NCBI GenBank assembly: GCA_965249485.1
Contig: OZ252239.1
Coordinates: 3,136,001-3,200,000 of the forward strand
Reading direction: 5' to 3'
Source of the DNA: a bacterium
Lineage (GTDB): Bacteria > SM23-31
Length of the DNA: 64,000 nucleotides
Position 1 is the first letter of the stretch. Every line of letters starts with the position of its first letter. Position numbers and translations under genes: made by a program. Positions 1-10,919 of the stretch are shown here, one piece after another. Below the pieces are notes generated by a model. That model worked only from the letters and a program-made list of their open reading frames with translations, was not told the origin of the DNA and ran no database searches.

Positions 1-276
1 GAGAAGCTGAATAATGATAGATGCACTAATATACGGCATAATCCCCAGTGCAAATACAGTTGCTTTTTGAAAGGCGCCACCGACGAACATATCATATAGG
101 CCAAACAGCGTGTTTGACGATGAAATTTCATTGAACCATTCACCTAATGCATCTGCATTGATTCCAGGAACTGGTACATGGCCGCCTATTCTGTATACAA
201 CAAGAATCGCCAAAGTAAAGATAATTCTGTTACGGAGTTCCGGAATTTTAAATATGCTCTGGATCTTCTGTATCAT
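1..276 (-). CDS. secY: Preprotein translocase SecY, 5' part (runs off window start)
   Basis: Manual translation from ATG at 276: [22 protein letters not shown]...[13 protein letters not shown]...[25 protein letters not shown] overlap with the rplO stop. Not in the ORF track. Confidence 0.97.
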   Translation of the reverse strand, partial: MIQKIQSIFKIPELRNRIIFTLAILVVYRIGGHVPVPGINADALGEWFNEISSSNTLFGLYDMFVGGAFQKATVFALGIMPYISASIIIQLL

Positions 277-722
277 AGGATAGTAACCGTTCCGCCTGCA
301 TTATTGATTTTTTCAACCGCCGATTTGCTTGCTGAATGGACTGAAATATCTGCTTTGAAATCGATTTCACCTTTACCGAGGATTTTAACCGGAAGAGTGA
401 TTTTTTTAATTAATCCCGCACCAACCAAATCCGCAATTTCTATTTTTTTCTTATCTTTCAAACGGCTTAAATTACCAACGTTTATAATCTGCACTTTCTT
501 TTTGAATATATTGACAAAACCGAATTTCGGGATCCGGCGTTGCAATGGCATTTGACCGCCTTCAAACCAGGCCGGAATTGACGCTCCTGAACGGGATTTT
601 TGTCCTTTATGTCCTTTACCAGCAGTACCGCCGGTCCCAGAGCCTGGACCTCGTCCTATTCTCTTCTTATTTTTTTTAGATCCCGGAATTGGGGATAATG
701 TATTCAGCTTTAAAGATTCCAT
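273..722 (-). CDS. rplO: 50S ribosomal protein L15
   Basis: [27 protein letters not shown] and [17 protein letters not shown] motifs. Start at ATG 722 preferred over 734. Confidence 0.97.
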   Translation of the reverse strand: MESLKLNTLSPIPGSKKNKKRIGRGPGSGTGGTAGKGHKGQKSRSGASIPAWFEGGQMPLQRRIPKFGFVNIFKKKVQIINVGNLSRLKDKKKIEIADLVGAGLIKKITLPVKILGKGEIDFKADISVHSASKSAVEKINNAGGTVTIL

Positions 723-723
723 A

Positions 724-927
724 CTAATCCTCAATAATTTTCACAAGATGCGTAACTTTCTGCACCATACCGCGTACCTGCGGTGTATCTTTGTGTTCAA
801 TTATTTGATGTAACTTCCGAAACCCAAGCGCTTCAAGTGTCAACTTTTGACGTTTACTGTAACCGATTGCGCTTTTAAATTGCTGTAATTTCAGTGTTCC
901 GGTTGCTGTATTCTTTTTTCGTGGCAT
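724..927 (-). CDS. rpmD: 50S ribosomal protein L30
   Basis: KSAIG...TLEALG.RKLHQ...DTPQVRGMV..V.HLV; position in spc operon. Confidence 0.95.
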   Translation of the reverse strand: MPRKKNTATGTLKLQQFKSAIGYSKRQKLTLEALGFRKLHQIIEHKDTPQVRGMVQKVTHLVKIIED

Positions 928-943
928 AATCTTATTTAAATTC

Positions 944-1444
944 TTAGTTGTACACCTTATTAATCGGGATTCCCTTTTTGCGTGCTACTGAGTATGCATC
1001 CATCAGGCTTTTGAGCCCGTCTACAGTAGCTTTTACAACATTATGCGGATTTGATGTACCGAGTGATTTTGTCAAAATATTTTGGATACCTGCGAGTTCC
1101 ATGACTGCACGGACAGGCCCCCCAGCGATAATTCCAGTACCAGCAGAAGCAGGTTTGAGAAAAACACGAGCAGTTCCATATTTGCCAATAATCTCATGAG
1201 TTATCGTTGAGTTGATTATTTGTACTTTAAATAATGCTTTCCTTGCATTTTCGACACCTTTCGTAATGGCATCTGTTACTTCATTTGCTTTGCCCAGTCC
1301 AATACCAACAACTCCATCGCCGTTCCCAACAACAACTATTGCGTTAAAACTGAAACGTCTACCACCTTTTACAACTTTCGAGACCCGGTTGATATGAATA
1401 ACTTTTTCTTTAACTTCAATTTCGGCCGGATTCTTAATGTCCAA
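944..1444 (-). CDS. rpsE: 30S ribosomal protein S5
   Basis: [16 protein letters not shown] and [17 protein letters not shown] motifs. Confidence 0.98.
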   Translation of the reverse strand: MDIKNPAEIEVKEKVIHINRVSKVVKGGRRFSFNAIVVVGNGDGVVGIGLGKANEVTDAITKGVENARKALFKVQIINSTITHEIIGKYGTARVFLKPASAGTGIIAGGPVRAVMELAGIQNILTKSLGTSNPHNVVKATVDGLKSLMDAYSVARKKGIPINKVYN

Positions 1445-1471
1445 GAGTTTACTCCTTTATTAAAAAGAGGT

Positions 1472-1855
1472 TTAGAACTGCAGACCGCCTTCACGGGCAC
1501 CTTCTGCAAGCATCTTTACCCTACCGCGATACTGACAACCGTTCCGGTCAAATACCACAGTTTTTATTTTCAGTTTTTTACCTGCACTGGCTATATCGAG
1601 GCCGATTTGTTTACTAATTTCCAACTTACCCGACGTCGATTTTTTTAATTGTGCATATGAACCTGCGACACTAGCAATAGTAGTAAGTGTTTTTTGATTA
1701 ACGTCGTCAATGAGTTGTGCTGATATATTGTTATTTGCACGGACAACAAGAAGTCGGGGACATTTTGGTGTACCTCTGATTTTTTTCTTGAGACGACGTT
1801 TCAATCGTGCCTCCTTTTCTAACTTTTTCTTTTCCTTCAAATTCATAAAATTCAA
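1472..1855 (-). CDS. rplR: 50S ribosomal protein L18
   Basis: PRL.V.R.N..I.AQLIDD and VVFDRNG..YRGRVKMLAEGARE.GLQF motifs. Confidence 0.97.
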   Translation of the reverse strand: MNFMNLKEKKKLEKEARLKRRLKKKIRGTPKCPRLLVVRANNNISAQLIDDVNQKTLTTIASVAGSYAQLKKSTSGKLEISKQIGLDIASAGKKLKIKTVVFDRNGCQYRGRVKMLAEGAREGGLQF

Positions 1856-1871
1856 ACTCGCTTATTTAATG

Positions 1872-2408
1872 TTACTGAGCAGTTTTTCCAACCTTCCGTT
1901 TGACTTCTTCACCCACATACCGTATACCTTTTCCTTTATACGGCTCAGGATGTCGAAACGCTCTGATCTTTGCAGCAATTTCTCCAACAAGTTGTTTGTC
2001 AAATCCTTTAATAGTAATTTGCGTACGAGACGGAACTTCCAATGTTATCGGCTCCGGCGGCTTTAACAAAATCGAGTGTGAATACCCCAAATTAAGAATC
2101 AGGTTTTTTCCTTTCAACTCTGCTGTATAACCGACGCCCTGTATTTCAAGATCAATTTGATACCCTTGTGAAACTCCAACAACCATATTGTTGAATAATG
2201 CACGGAAGAGCCCATGAAACGACCGGTGTCTTTTTGTTTCACCAGTTCTTTGGACAACAATATTCGATTCTTCTTGTTGAACCGAAATTTCAGGAGGAAT
2301 CGATTGCATCAATTCACCTTTTGGTCCGGTTACGACACTCACGTTGTCTTCAATTTTAAATGTTACGCCTTTCGGCAGAGCAATCGGCAAATTACCAACT
2401 CGTGACAC
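1872..2408 (-). CDS. rplF: 50S ribosomal protein L6
   Basis: MSRVG..PI start and C-terminal PEPYKGKGIRY motif. Confidence 0.98.
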   Translation of the reverse strand: MSRVGNLPIALPKGVTFKIEDNVSVVTGPKGELMQSIPPEISVQQEESNIVVQRTGETKRHRSFHGLFRALFNNMVVGVSQGYQIDLEIQGVGYTAELKGKNLILNLGYSHSILLKPPEPITLEVPSRTQITIKGFDKQLVGEIAAKIRAFRHPEPYKGKGIRYVGEEVKRKVGKTAQ

Positions 2409-2429
2409 ACTAAACTCCTTATCGAAATA

Positions 2430-2825
2430 TTACCACACATAGAGCAGCACTTCACCGCCAATATGACGGCGCTTTGCTTCTTTATTCGTAATTACACCTA
2501 TAGGTGTCGTTAAAACAGCTGTACCCAGATTGTTCAAGACTCGCGGAATATTATTCGTACCGACATACTTCCGAAGTCCCGGACGAGATACTCTTTTCAA
2601 ACCTGCAATGACAGGTTCGCCTTGATCATATTTCAAGTAGATTCTAATCAAGCCCTGCTGGCCGTCATCAATAACGATATAGTCACGAATGTAATATTCG
2701 TCAAGCAGAACTTTTGAAATATGTTTTTTCAGATTTGATGCCGGGATATCAACATGTTTCTTTTTTGCTTTTAGAGCATTACGAATACGTGTCAGATAAT
2801 CTGCGACCGGATCAGTAACAGTCAT
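2430..2825 (-). CDS. rpsH: 30S ribosomal protein S8
   Basis: TDPVADYLTRIRNA, RVSRPGLRKY and GGEVLLYVW motifs. Confidence 0.98.
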   Translation of the reverse strand: MTVTDPVADYLTRIRNALKAKKKHVDIPASNLKKHISKVLLDEYYIRDYIVIDDGQQGLIRIYLKYDQGEPVIAGLKRVSRPGLRKYVGTNNIPRVLNNLGTAVLTTPIGVITNKEAKRRHIGGEVLLYVW

Positions 2826-2855
2826 ACCAATTCTCCTAATAAATCGTTTGGAATA

Positions 2856-3041
2856 TTACCAACTTGCCTTAACAATTCCGGGAATATCTCCCTGATGTGC
2901 AAGCTGACGAAAACAAATCCTACAAATCCCAAATTTCCGCATAAACGCCCGAGGCCGGCCGCATCGATTACAGCGATTATATGCGCGAACTTTGAATTTC
3001 TGTTCTTTTTGAGATTTAACAATTAATGATTTTTTAGCCAC
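2856..3041 (-). CDS. rpsN: 30S ribosomal protein S14, short zinc-binding (type Z) form
   Basis: 61 aa with RCNRCGRPR and CRICFR, ending KASW. Confidence 0.97.
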   Translation of the reverse strand: MAKKSLIVKSQKEQKFKVRAYNRCNRCGRPRAFMRKFGICRICFRQLAHQGDIPGIVKASW

Positions 3042-3077
3042 TTTATTTCAACTCTTCGTTTTATTATTCGACCTGAA

Positions 3078-3941
3078 TTACGCTATTGCAGCAGCTTCTG
3101 CTTGATCTGCAAAGGGCATTCCGAATTGTTTGAGCAGATAATGAGCTTCCTCATCACCATTTGCCGTTGTGACAATACTTATATCCATTCCATGAATTGA
3201 TTCAACATCATCGTAATTTATTTCTGGGAATATGATCTGCTCTTTTACTCCGAGACTGTAGTTTCCAAAACCGTCAAACGATTTATTTGATAAACCTCTA
3301 AAATCCCTGATACGCGGAATTGCTATAGAGATTAACCGGTCAAGGAACTCGTACATTCGTTCTTCACGCAATGTCACTTTACAGCCGATTTTATATCCTT
3401 GACGCAATTTAAAATTTGATACCGACCGTTTTGCCAAGGTTGTAACTGGTTTTTGACCGGTAATGATTTGAAGATCTTCTACAGCCGAATCAAGCAATTT
3501 ACTATTTTGAAGTGCAAGTCCCATTCCCACATTGATCGATATTTTTGTAAGTTTCGGCACCTGATTAACATTGGAGTAATTAAACTGCTTCATCATTGCC
3601 GCAACAATCTCATTCCGGTACTTGGCCATAAGCCGCGGCAAATATTCTTTTTCTTTCCGACCTTTGGAAACTTTAGTTTTCTTCGGTTTCTCTTCCTGCT
3701 TAGAAGTATCCTTTTTTGCTGTTGTCTTTTTTGTAGGGATGTTCTTACTCTTATCGTCCTTTTTGCTCTTTACAGAGGTAGATTCTTTTTTATCTTTTTT
3801 CGGCTTATCCGCAGTCTTTTTCCCGGCCTCTTTTACAGCAGATGATTTTGCAGATTTCGACTTAGCTTTTGTCTTTTTCTCTTCAGCCTTGGGTTCCGAA
3901 TCCGGAGCTGCTGTAATATTTATTTTTTCTTTATCCGCCAT
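3078..3941 (-). CDS. rplE: 50S ribosomal protein L5 with ~99-aa Lys-rich N-terminal extension
   Basis: Core [38 protein letters not shown] and EQIIFPEI motifs begin at about residue 100. Confidence 0.97.
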   Translation of the reverse strand: MADKEKINITAAPDSEPKAEEKKTKAKSKSAKSSAVKEAGKKTADKPKKDKKESTSVKSKKDDKSKNIPTKKTTAKKDTSKQEEKPKKTKVSKGRKEKEYLPRLMAKYRNEIVAAMMKQFNYSNVNQVPKLTKISINVGMGLALQNSKLLDSAVEDLQIITGQKPVTTLAKRSVSNFKLRQGYKIGCKVTLREERMYEFLDRLISIAIPRIRDFRGLSNKSFDGFGNYSLGVKEQIIFPEINYDDVESIHGMDISIVTTANGDEEAHYLLKQFGMPFADQAEAAAIA

Positions 3942-3965
3942 TATCTAACTCTCATAATACTATTT

Positions 3966-4289
3966 TTATTTTTCTGCTGTTGCCAACATTTCTGAGCAAC
4001 TGCGGCACACACGCATACTTTTTCCATTTTCCAGGAGTTTATGTTTGACCCGAATAACTTTGTTACATTTCGGGCAAACTATCATCGCGTTGGAAATGTG
4101 TACAGTTCCCTCTTTTTCGATGATACCACCCTGAGGATTTTTTTGAGATGGCTTTGAGTGTCGTTTTATAAGATTCACACCCTCGACGATTATCCGTTGT
4201 GTCTTAGGAAACGTTTTCAACACACGTCCCTGTTTTCCACGTTCGTTTCCTGCAATTATCAATACCGTGTCATTTTTCACTACATTCAT
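3966..4289 (-). CDS. rplX: 50S ribosomal protein L24
   Basis: D.V..IAG..RGKQG.V and VEGVN..KRH.KP...NPQGGIIEKE motifs; also carries CPKC/CRSC. Confidence 0.97.
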   Translation of the reverse strand: MNVVKNDTVLIIAGNERGKQGRVLKTFPKTQRIIVEGVNLIKRHSKPSQKNPQGGIIEKEGTVHISNAMIVCPKCNKVIRVKHKLLENGKSMRVCRSCSEMLATAEK

Positions 4290-4312
4290 TATTAGACCCT
4301 GCTTAATTCTGG

Positions 4313-4681
4313 CTATAAAACTTCCGGTGCCAACGATGCAATTTTCATATACTGTTTCTCACGCAGTTCACGAGCTACTGGACCGAAAATTCGGGTTCCA
4401 ATAGGTTCGTTGCTTTCGTCAATCAACACAACTGCATTATCATCAAATCGGATGTACGAACCATCTCTTCTTCTGAGTTCTTTTCTGGTACGTACAATGA
4501 CAGCTAGAGAAATTGTCCCTTTTTTCATTGTTGCACCGGGGATTGCGCTTTTGACCGTTACTTTAATAATATCACCGATCCGGCCATATTTTTTCCTGGT
4601 TCCACCAAGTATCCGAAAGCAAAGCACTTGTTTGGCACCGGTATTGTCAGCAACAGCTAATCGTGTTTCTTCTTGAATCAT
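4313..4681 (-). CDS. rplN: 50S ribosomal protein L14
   Basis: [23 protein letters not shown] and [13 protein letters not shown] motifs. Confidence 0.98.
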   Translation of the reverse strand: MIQEETRLAVADNTGAKQVLCFRILGGTRKKYGRIGDIIKVTVKSAIPGATMKKGTISLAVIVRTRKELRRRDGSYIRFDDNAVVLIDESNEPIGTRIFGPVARELREKQYMKIASLAPEVL

Positions 4682-4689
4682 GATACAAC

Positions 4690-4947
4690 CTATTTCGCCT
4701 TTTCCAAAATCTCAATCACTAACCAACGCTTTAATTTGCTGAGCGGTCGAGTCTCTCTCACTTTTACAAAATCACCAATGTTGCACTCGTTATTATCATC
4801 ATGTGCATGCAGCTTTTTTGTTCTTTTTATATACTTCCCGTAAACAGGGTGTTTGATCTTGCGTTCAACGGTAATACCGACCGTTTTTTCCATTGCATTA
4901 CTAACCACAAATCCTGTTCGAGTTTTTCGTTGGTTCCGCTTTTCCAT
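4690..4947 (-). CDS. rpsQ: 30S ribosomal protein S17
   Basis: [16 protein letters not shown] and ETRPLSK.KRW motifs. Confidence 0.98.
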   Translation of the reverse strand: MEKRNQRKTRTGFVVSNAMEKTVGITVERKIKHPVYGKYIKRTKKLHAHDDNNECNIGDFVKVRETRPLSKLKRWLVIEILEKAK

Positions 4948-4968
4948 TGAATAATTACCTTAATTTAC

Positions 4969-5211
4969 CTATTTTTTTGCATCAATTTTATCATTATTCG
5001 CCTGAACTTTCGATGCTCGAATGTTCATATCGAATTCATTGAGAACAGTTTTAAGCCGGGCAATATCTTTTCGTATATACCGCAGCTTCACTGGATTATC
5101 AAGCTCATGAGTTGCCTGCTGAAACCGCATATTTGAATGTGCTTCAAGCAATTCTTCAAGCTCATGCTCAACCTCAACTCTAGTCATATTTTTAATCTCT
5201 AGCATTTTCAT
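4969..5211 (-). CDS. rpmC: 50S ribosomal protein L29
   Basis: RFQ.AT..LDNP..LR.IRKDIARLKT; position after rplP. Confidence 0.95.
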   Translation of the reverse strand: MKMLEIKNMTRVEVEHELEELLEAHSNMRFQQATHELDNPVKLRYIRKDIARLKTVLNEFDMNIRASKVQANNDKIDAKK

Positions 5212-5213
5212 GA

Positions 5214-5627
5214 TCAGAATTGCTCCTCCATAACGAATTTTGATTTCAGAGGAAGCTTATGAGCTGCTAAACGAATTGCTTCCTTTGCCGCATCAACTGA
5301 CACGCCATCAAGTTCAAACATTATTCGTCCAGGTTTCACAATAGCAACCCAATATTCGGGAGAACCTTTTCCTTTTCCCATCCGGGTTTCTGCCGGTTTA
5401 GCCGTTATCGGTTTGTGAGGAAATATTCTGATCCAAACTTTCCCACCACGTTTCACATAACGTGTTATTGCAATACGGGCCGCTTCAATCTGACGGCTCG
5501 TAATCCACCCGGCTTCGAGTGCTTTCAGACCATACTGACCAAAGTTTATTTGGTTACCCCGTTGAGCCTTGCCTTTGCTGACGCCACGCTGTAGTTTACG
5601 GAATTTTGCTCTTTTTGGTGCTAACAT
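5214..5627 (-). CDS. rplP: 50S ribosomal protein L16
   Basis: RQIEAARIA and [12 protein letters not shown] motifs. Confidence 0.98.
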   Translation of the reverse strand: MLAPKRAKFRKLQRGVSKGKAQRGNQINFGQYGLKALEAGWITSRQIEAARIAITRYVKRGGKVWIRIFPHKPITAKPAETRMGKGKGSPEYWVAIVKPGRIMFELDGVSVDAAKEAIRLAAHKLPLKSKFVMEEQF

Positions 5628-5655
5628 TACGTTTTTCCTTCAATATGAACGGCTC

Positions 5656-6294
5656 TTATTGCCCAGCTTGTCCAATCACTTCACCAAGACATATCCACAC
5701 CTTGACACCTATGCAACCATATGTCGTATAACTTGTTCTCTGAGCATAATCAATATCCGCACGCAGTGTATGAAGCGGAATACGACCTTCTTTATACTGC
5801 TCTACACGCGCCATTTCTGCACCACCCAACCTACCTGCACATCGTATTCTGATACCCTCTGCGCCCATACGCATTGTTGCAATGATTGCTTTTTTCATGG
5901 CTCGTCTGAACGATATTTTGGCTTCAAGCTGACGCGCAATGTTATCGGCGACAAGGACTGCATCCAGTTCAGGTCGTTTAATTTCTTCAATGTTGAGCTG
6001 AATATCTTTTTTTGTTATTTTTTTCAATTCTTCTTTAAGCTTATCGACTTCTGCTCCCTTCCGGCCGATAACTATTCCCGGACGTGCTGTTTTGATATTG
6101 AGTATTACTTTTTTCGCCGTACGCTCAATATCGATCCGGGATACTCCTGCACGCTGCAACCGGTTCTGAATATAACGGCGGAGCATAATATCTTCCTGGA
6201 GTTTTTCTGCAAATGAATTTTCATCAAACCAATTTGAGTTCCAAGTTTTTATTATTCCTAACCTTAATCCAATAGGATGTGTTTTCTGACCCAA
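5656..6294 (-). CDS. rpsC: 30S ribosomal protein S3
   Basis: [23 protein letters not shown] and [14 protein letters not shown] motifs. Confidence 0.98.
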   Translation of the reverse strand: MGQKTHPIGLRLGIIKTWNSNWFDENSFAEKLQEDIMLRRYIQNRLQRAGVSRIDIERTAKKVILNIKTARPGIVIGRKGAEVDKLKEELKKITKKDIQLNIEEIKRPELDAVLVADNIARQLEAKISFRRAMKKAIIATMRMGAEGIRIRCAGRLGGAEMARVEQYKEGRIPLHTLRADIDYAQRTSYTTYGCIGVKVWICLGEVIGQAGQ

Positions 6295-6311
6295 ACTTTC
6301 CTCCTAGTACT

Positions 6312-6656
6312 TTACGCTTCTTCACTGACTACAAGAGTCACATGGCTAGACCGTTTCCGGATTCTATTGGCTCGCCCCATAGGTCCTGCACGAAACCGTT
6401 TTGCCATGGGTCCGCCATCCACAAATGCTTTCGAAACGATCACATTTGTATAGTCAACTTTCTGAGAACCTTTCAAATGACCAAGGTTCGCAACAGCAGA
6501 CTGAAGCGTTTTTTCAATTATTCGCGCCGCTTTTTTCGGCATAAAGTGGAGCAAGTCTATTGCTTCATTGACTTTTTTGCCCCGTAACAGATCTATGACA
6601 CGCCGTAATTTACGGGGTGATGATCTCACATGTTTTGCTCGTGCACTTGCTTCCAT
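6312..6656 (-). CDS. rplV: 50S ribosomal protein L22
   Basis: VRSSPRKLR, SAVAN and GRANRIRKRSSH motifs. Confidence 0.97.
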   Translation of the reverse strand: MEASARAKHVRSSPRKLRRVIDLLRGKKVNEAIDLLHFMPKKAARIIEKTLQSAVANLGHLKGSQKVDYTNVIVSKAFVDGGPMAKRFRAGPMGRANRIRKRSSHVTLVVSEEA

Positions 6657-6687
6657 ACCACTATCGCTTTTATACCTTTAGAGTTTA

Positions 6688-6975
6688 TCACTTCAATGCC
6701 GATGATCGGTCCAGGATTTTTCCGGCGTGACCTCTATAGGTCCGGGTCGGAGCAAATTCTCCCAGTTTGTGACCAACCATATTTTCTGTTACATATACGG
6801 GTAAAAATTTGTTGCCGTTATGAACTGCAATAGTAACCCCGACAAATTCAGGGGGAATAGTCGTACTTCGTGACCATGTTTTAATTACTCGTTTTTGATT
6901 TTGATTCTGCACATCTAAAACTTTTTTCAAAAGCTTTTGATCGATGTTTGGACCTTTTTTCAAGGATCGTGCCAT
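6688..6975 (-). CDS. rpsS: 30S ribosomal protein S19
   Basis: [14 protein letters not shown] and [13 protein letters not shown] motifs. Confidence 0.98.
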   Translation of the reverse strand: MARSLKKGPNIDQKLLKKVLDVQNQNQKRVIKTWSRSTTIPPEFVGVTIAVHNGNKFLPVYVTENMVGHKLGEFAPTRTYRGHAGKILDRSSALK

Positions 6976-6991
6976 TCGTCATACTCTCCGG

Positions 6992-7813
6992 TTACTTACG
7001 TCTTTTGATAATCAATGGATTTGCTTTGGCTTTCTTTGAACGGGTCTTATACCCTTTAGTCGGTTTACCCCATGGGGTACAAGGATGACGTCCACCCGAA
7101 GATTTTCCTTCACCACCACCCATCGGATGGTCAACTGGATTCTTCGCTACACCGCGAACATGAGGTCTCCGGCCAAGCCACCTGTTTCTTCCTGCTTTTC
7201 CAATCGATACATTTTCATGATCAAGGTTACCGATCTGCCCTATCGTTGCATAGCAGGTCTGGAGAATTTTCCTCATCTCTCCTGAAGGCATTTTTACAAT
7301 TACATACTTATCTTCTTTTGCAACCAACTGTACAGCAGAACCGGCACTTCGCGCAATTTGACCGCCTTTTTGCGGACGAAGCTCAACATTATGGATAAAT
7401 GTACCGAGAGGGATTTTTTCCATAGGGAGAGCATTTCCAACTTTGATTTCGCTCTTAGGTCCTGAGTACACGATATCATCCACATTCAAACCCGCAGGAT
7501 TAAGTATATACCGCTTTTCGCCGTCTACATAGTGCACTAATGAAATAAATGCGCTCCGGTTGGGGTCATACTCTATCGAATGAATTTTACCAGGAATACC
7601 GATTTTATCACGTTTAAAATCCAAAATCCTGTATTTACGTTTGTGTCCCCCACCTTTGTACCGGACAGTTGTTCTACCGTTATTCGCTCTTCCACCCGAA
7701 TTTGAAAGCCCTTTGGTAAGTGACTTCTCAGGTTTATCAACGGTAAAATCTCTTACAATATCAGTTTTGAACCGCTGACCAGGAGTAGATGGATTATACT
7801 GTTTCAACGCCAT
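6992..7813 (-). CDS. rplB: 50S ribosomal protein L2
   Basis: [17 protein letters not shown] and [12 protein letters not shown] motifs. Confidence 0.98.
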   Translation of the reverse strand: MALKQYNPSTPGQRFKTDIVRDFTVDKPEKSLTKGLSNSGGRANNGRTTVRYKGGGHKRKYRILDFKRDKIGIPGKIHSIEYDPNRSAFISLVHYVDGEKRYILNPAGLNVDDIVYSGPKSEIKVGNALPMEKIPLGTFIHNVELRPQKGGQIARSAGSAVQLVAKEDKYVIVKMPSGEMRKILQTCYATIGQIGNLDHENVSIGKAGRNRWLGRRPHVRGVAKNPVDHPMGGGEGKSSGGRHPCTPWGKPTKGYKTRSKKAKANPLIIKRRK

Positions 7814-7818
7814 GAATA

Positions 7819-8106
7819 TTATGCTCCTTCAAACAGCGTAATTTTGTTTCCTTCTGCCAATGTGACCAATGCCTTTTTCCAATCACTTCTTTTACCGGAA
7901 AATCTGCCTAGCCGCTTTACTTTCCCCTGTACATTGACTGTACGAACAGACGTTACTCTTACTTCGAATTTCTTCTCAATAGCTTTTTTAATTTCAACTT
8001 TATTTGCGCGGCGGTCAACTATAAAACCATACTGATTATGCGCATCTGTTAGACCTGTTATTTTTTCTGTAATGAGCGGCCTTATTATGACTTCATACAA
8101 TTCCAC
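7819..8106 (-). CDS. rplW: 50S ribosomal protein L23
   Basis: [18 protein letters not shown] and WKKA.VTL motifs. Confidence 0.97.
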   Translation of the reverse strand: MELYEVIIRPLITEKITGLTDAHNQYGFIVDRRANKVEIKKAIEKKFEVRVTSVRTVNVQGKVKRLGRFSGKRSDWKKALVTLAEGNKITLFEGA

Positions 8107-8733
8107 TTAAAACACCTCGTTTATACGTTCCAGGGCTCCCTCTTGAATTACCAGCCGGGCCGGCTTTACAATATCATACGTGCAGAGCTGGTCGGCCGGT
8201 ACCAAAGAAAGATTTTTCACATTTCGACATGACTGCCATAAATCCGACGAATGTTCTTTAATGACGAGCAATGTTTTGCTGTTGTTCGTAATATTCAGCG
8301 CCTGAAGCAGATTAGACACAAACCGGGTTTCAGGCTTTTCAAGATTAAAATTTTCAATAAGAATGATTGCATCACTCAAAGCCATATTTGACAGAGCTGC
8401 GCGCCTGGCTATCCGCCGTTCTTTTTTATTCATACTTACTGAATATTTGTGCGGATTTGGGCCGAATGCCTTTCCACCACCACGCCAGATATTTGATTTC
8501 AAAGTTCCGGCTCGTGCTCTTCCCGTACCCTTCTGACGCCACGGCTTACGATTACTGCCGCTCACGAGCGAACGGTTACGAGCCATACTTGTACCTTGAC
8601 GCTGCGCTGCCAGATACGATAATACTGCCTGATGAATAAGATGGTCTTTTTCTTTAACACCGAAAACTTCATCGCTCAATGCAACGGTGTTTTTTGACTG
8701 ACTACCATTTAAATTGTATACTGGTAATTCCAT
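8107..8733 (-). CDS. rplD: 50S ribosomal protein L4
   Basis: RQGT, KPWRQKGTGRARAG and WRGGG.AFGP motifs. Confidence 0.98.
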   Translation of the reverse strand: MELPVYNLNGSQSKNTVALSDEVFGVKEKDHLIHQAVLSYLAAQRQGTSMARNRSLVSGSNRKPWRQKGTGRARAGTLKSNIWRGGGKAFGPNPHKYSVSMNKKERRIARRAALSNMALSDAIILIENFNLEKPETRFVSNLLQALNITNNSKTLLVIKEHSSDLWQSCRNVKNLSLVPADQLCTYDIVKPARLVIQEGALERINEVF

Positions 8734-8739
8734 TCCGTT

Positions 8740-9357
8740 TTACCTTTTTCGCACTTCGACAAGAGTGTTACGACTTCCGGGTACTGAACCTTTGACCAGA
8801 AGCAGATGATTATCTTTGTCTATATCAATAATTTCAAGATTTTTCACTGTTACACGTGTATGCCCCATTCGGCCTGGCATTTTCTTTCCTTTAAATACAC
8901 GTGAAGGGTTGGACGATTGCCCGATTGAACCGGGAGCCCTATGACGATCGGACTGTCCGTGAGTTTTTGGTCCGCCACTAAATTTATACCGCTTTACCAC
9001 GCCGGCAAAACCACGACCTTTCGACAGAGCCGATACATCAATCAACTCACCTCTTGAAAATGATTCAACAGTAAGAGGGTCACCCGCTTTGAATTGATCA
9101 GCGTCTTTGGTTCTAAATTCAGTCAATTTCGCAACCGGTATAACACTGGATTTCTTCAAATGACCGAGTTGCGGCTTATTGAGGTGCTGCTCTTTTGTTT
9201 CACGGAATCCTATCTGGATCTCCGTGTAACCGTCACTTTTTTCTGTCTTCACCTGTGTCACATAATTGGGCTTAACATCCAGAACGGTTACCGGCACCTG
9301 ATTCCGCTGGTCATCAAATATAGTTTTCATGTACAGTTTATATCCAATTATTTTCAT
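8740..9357 (-). CDS. rplC: 50S ribosomal protein L3
   Basis: SKGRGFAGVVKRY, HRAPGSIG and RVFKGKKMPGRMG motifs. Start set to ATG 9357 to avoid overlap with rpsJ. Confidence 0.97.
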   Translation of the reverse strand: MKIIGYKLYMKTIFDDQRNQVPVTVLDVKPNYVTQVKTEKSDGYTEIQIGFRETKEQHLNKPQLGHLKKSSVIPVAKLTEFRTKDADQFKAGDPLTVESFSRGELIDVSALSKGRGFAGVVKRYKFSGGPKTHGQSDRHRAPGSIGQSSNPSRVFKGKKMPGRMGHTRVTVKNLEIIDIDKDNHLLLVKGSVPGSRNTLVEVRKR

Positions 9358-9358
9358 A

Positions 9359-9670
9359 TCACACCTTAATCTCAATATCTACTCCGGCGGGCAACTCCAA
9401 CTTCATAAGCGCGTCAACTGTCTTTGTCGACGTATGATGAATATCTATCAAACGCTTATGAATTCTGGTTTCAAACTGTTCTCTAGACTTTTTATCAACA
9501 TGAGGTGACCGCAATACAGTATATACTGTCCGTTTCGTGGGCAGTGGAATGGGTCCTGATATCATCGCTCCCGTTGATTTCGCCGTTTTAACGATCTTAT
9601 CCGAGGACTTATCGATCAACATGTGATCGTATGCTTTCAATTTTATTCTTATTTTTTGTCGACGATCCAA
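9359..9670 (-). CDS. rpsJ: 30S ribosomal protein S10
   Basis: [17 protein letters not shown] and [14 protein letters not shown] motifs. Confidence 0.98.
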   Translation of the reverse strand: MDRRQKIRIKLKAYDHMLIDKSSDKIVKTAKSTGAMISGPIPLPTKRTVYTVLRSPHVDKKSREQFETRIHKRLIDIHHTSTKTVDALMKLELPAGVDIEIKV

Positions 9671-9695
9671 AGAACTACTCCTTTTTCAATTTAAT

Positions 9696-10898
9696 TTATT
9701 CAATAACTTCGGTAACGACACCGGCGCCAACTGTTCTTCCGCCTTCACGGATTGCAAACCGGAGCTCTTTTTCCATCGCGATCGGTGTAATTAACTCAAT
9801 CTCCATTTTCACATCATCACCCGGCATAACCATCTCTACACTTTCAGGAAGCTCTGCAACACCTGTCACATCTGTCGTCCGAAAATAAAACTGAGGACGA
9901 TACCCCTTGAAAAACGGTGTATGGCGCCCTCCTTCTTCTTTTGTCAATATATATACCTGACCCTTAAATTTCGTATGAGGAGTGATACTTCCCGGCTTCG
10001 ATGCAACCATGCCGCGTTCCAACGACTCCTTTTCTACACCTCGAAGAAGTAAACCTATATTATCGCCCGCTTCACCACGGTCTAAAAGCTTACGGAACAT
10101 CTCAACTCCGGTTACTACCGTCTTACGCTTCGCACCAAGACCGACTATTTCGATCTCATCACCAACATTCACTACTCCACGCTCTACACGGCCTGTACCA
10201 ACTGTTCCACGGCCAGTTATACTAAAAACATCCTCTACCGGCATTAAAAATGGCTTGTCGATATCACGCTTAGGCATCGGAATATACTCATCAACAGCTT
10301 TCATCAATTCAAATATACTCGCACATTTATCACTGTCAAAATTGCCTTCTATTGCTGCATTCATCGCCCCCAATGCGCTGCCCTGAATAATCGGTATGTC
10401 ATCTCCGGGAAAATCGTACTGACTCAATAACTCACGAAGCTCAAGCTCTACCAGTTCCAACAACTCAGGATCATCTACCTGATCAACCTTGTTCAAATAT
10501 ACAACAATAAATGGAACTCCCACTTGACGGGACAATAAAATGTGCTCGCGTGTCTGAGGCATCGGACCATCAGCTGCAGATACCACAAGTATCGCTCCGT
10601 CCATCTGAGCCGCCCCTGTAATCATGTTCTTTACATAATCAGCATGACCAGGACAGTCAACGTGTGCATAATGACGATTCTCCGTCTCATACTCAACATG
10701 AGCTGTCGCTATCGTTATGCCACGCTCACGCTCCTCAGGTGCATTGTCTATCGAATCAAACGTACGTACCTCTGCCAAACCCTTTTGCCCAAGTAACATC
10801 GTTATCGCCGCTGTCAATGTTGTCTTGCCATGATCAACATGACCTATAGTACCTATATTGATATGGGGCTTCGTTCGCTCAAACTTCTTCTTCGACAT
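9696..10898 (-). CDS. tuf: Elongation factor Tu (str-operon copy)
   Basis: [24 protein letters not shown] and [13 protein letters not shown] motifs. Confidence 0.99.
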   Translation of the reverse strand: MSKKKFERTKPHINIGTIGHVDHGKTTLTAAITMLLGQKGLAEVRTFDSIDNAPEERERGITIATAHVEYETENRHYAHVDCPGHADYVKNMITGAAQMDGAILVVSAADGPMPQTREHILLSRQVGVPFIVVYLNKVDQVDDPELLELVELELRELLSQYDFPGDDIPIIQGSALGAMNAAIEGNFDSDKCASIFELMKAVDEYIPMPKRDIDKPFLMPVEDVFSITGRGTVGTGRVERGVVNVGDEIEIVGLGAKRKTVVTGVEMFRKLLDRGEAGDNIGLLLRGVEKESLERGMVASKPGSITPHTKFKGQVYILTKEEGGRHTPFFKGYRPQFYFRTTDVTGVAELPESVEMVMPGDDVKMEIELITPIAMEKELRFAIREGGRTVGAGVVTEVIE

Positions 10899-10918
10899 AG
10901 CGCTTACTCCCTCTTTGA
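9697..10918. repeat. Direct repeat, copy 1 of the tuf duplication (copy 2 at 25761-26982)
   Basis: Identical proteins and identical antisense ORFs in both copies. Identity extends 20 nt upstream of ATG through the RBS. Stop codons differ (TAA vs TAG). Confidence 0.93.
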
Positions 10919-10919
10919 A

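Noticed and set aside
5569..6216. 215-aa plus-strand ORF and many similar antisense ORFs across the ribosomal cluster
   Set aside because: Shadow frames of conserved minus-strand genes; no recognisable motifs.
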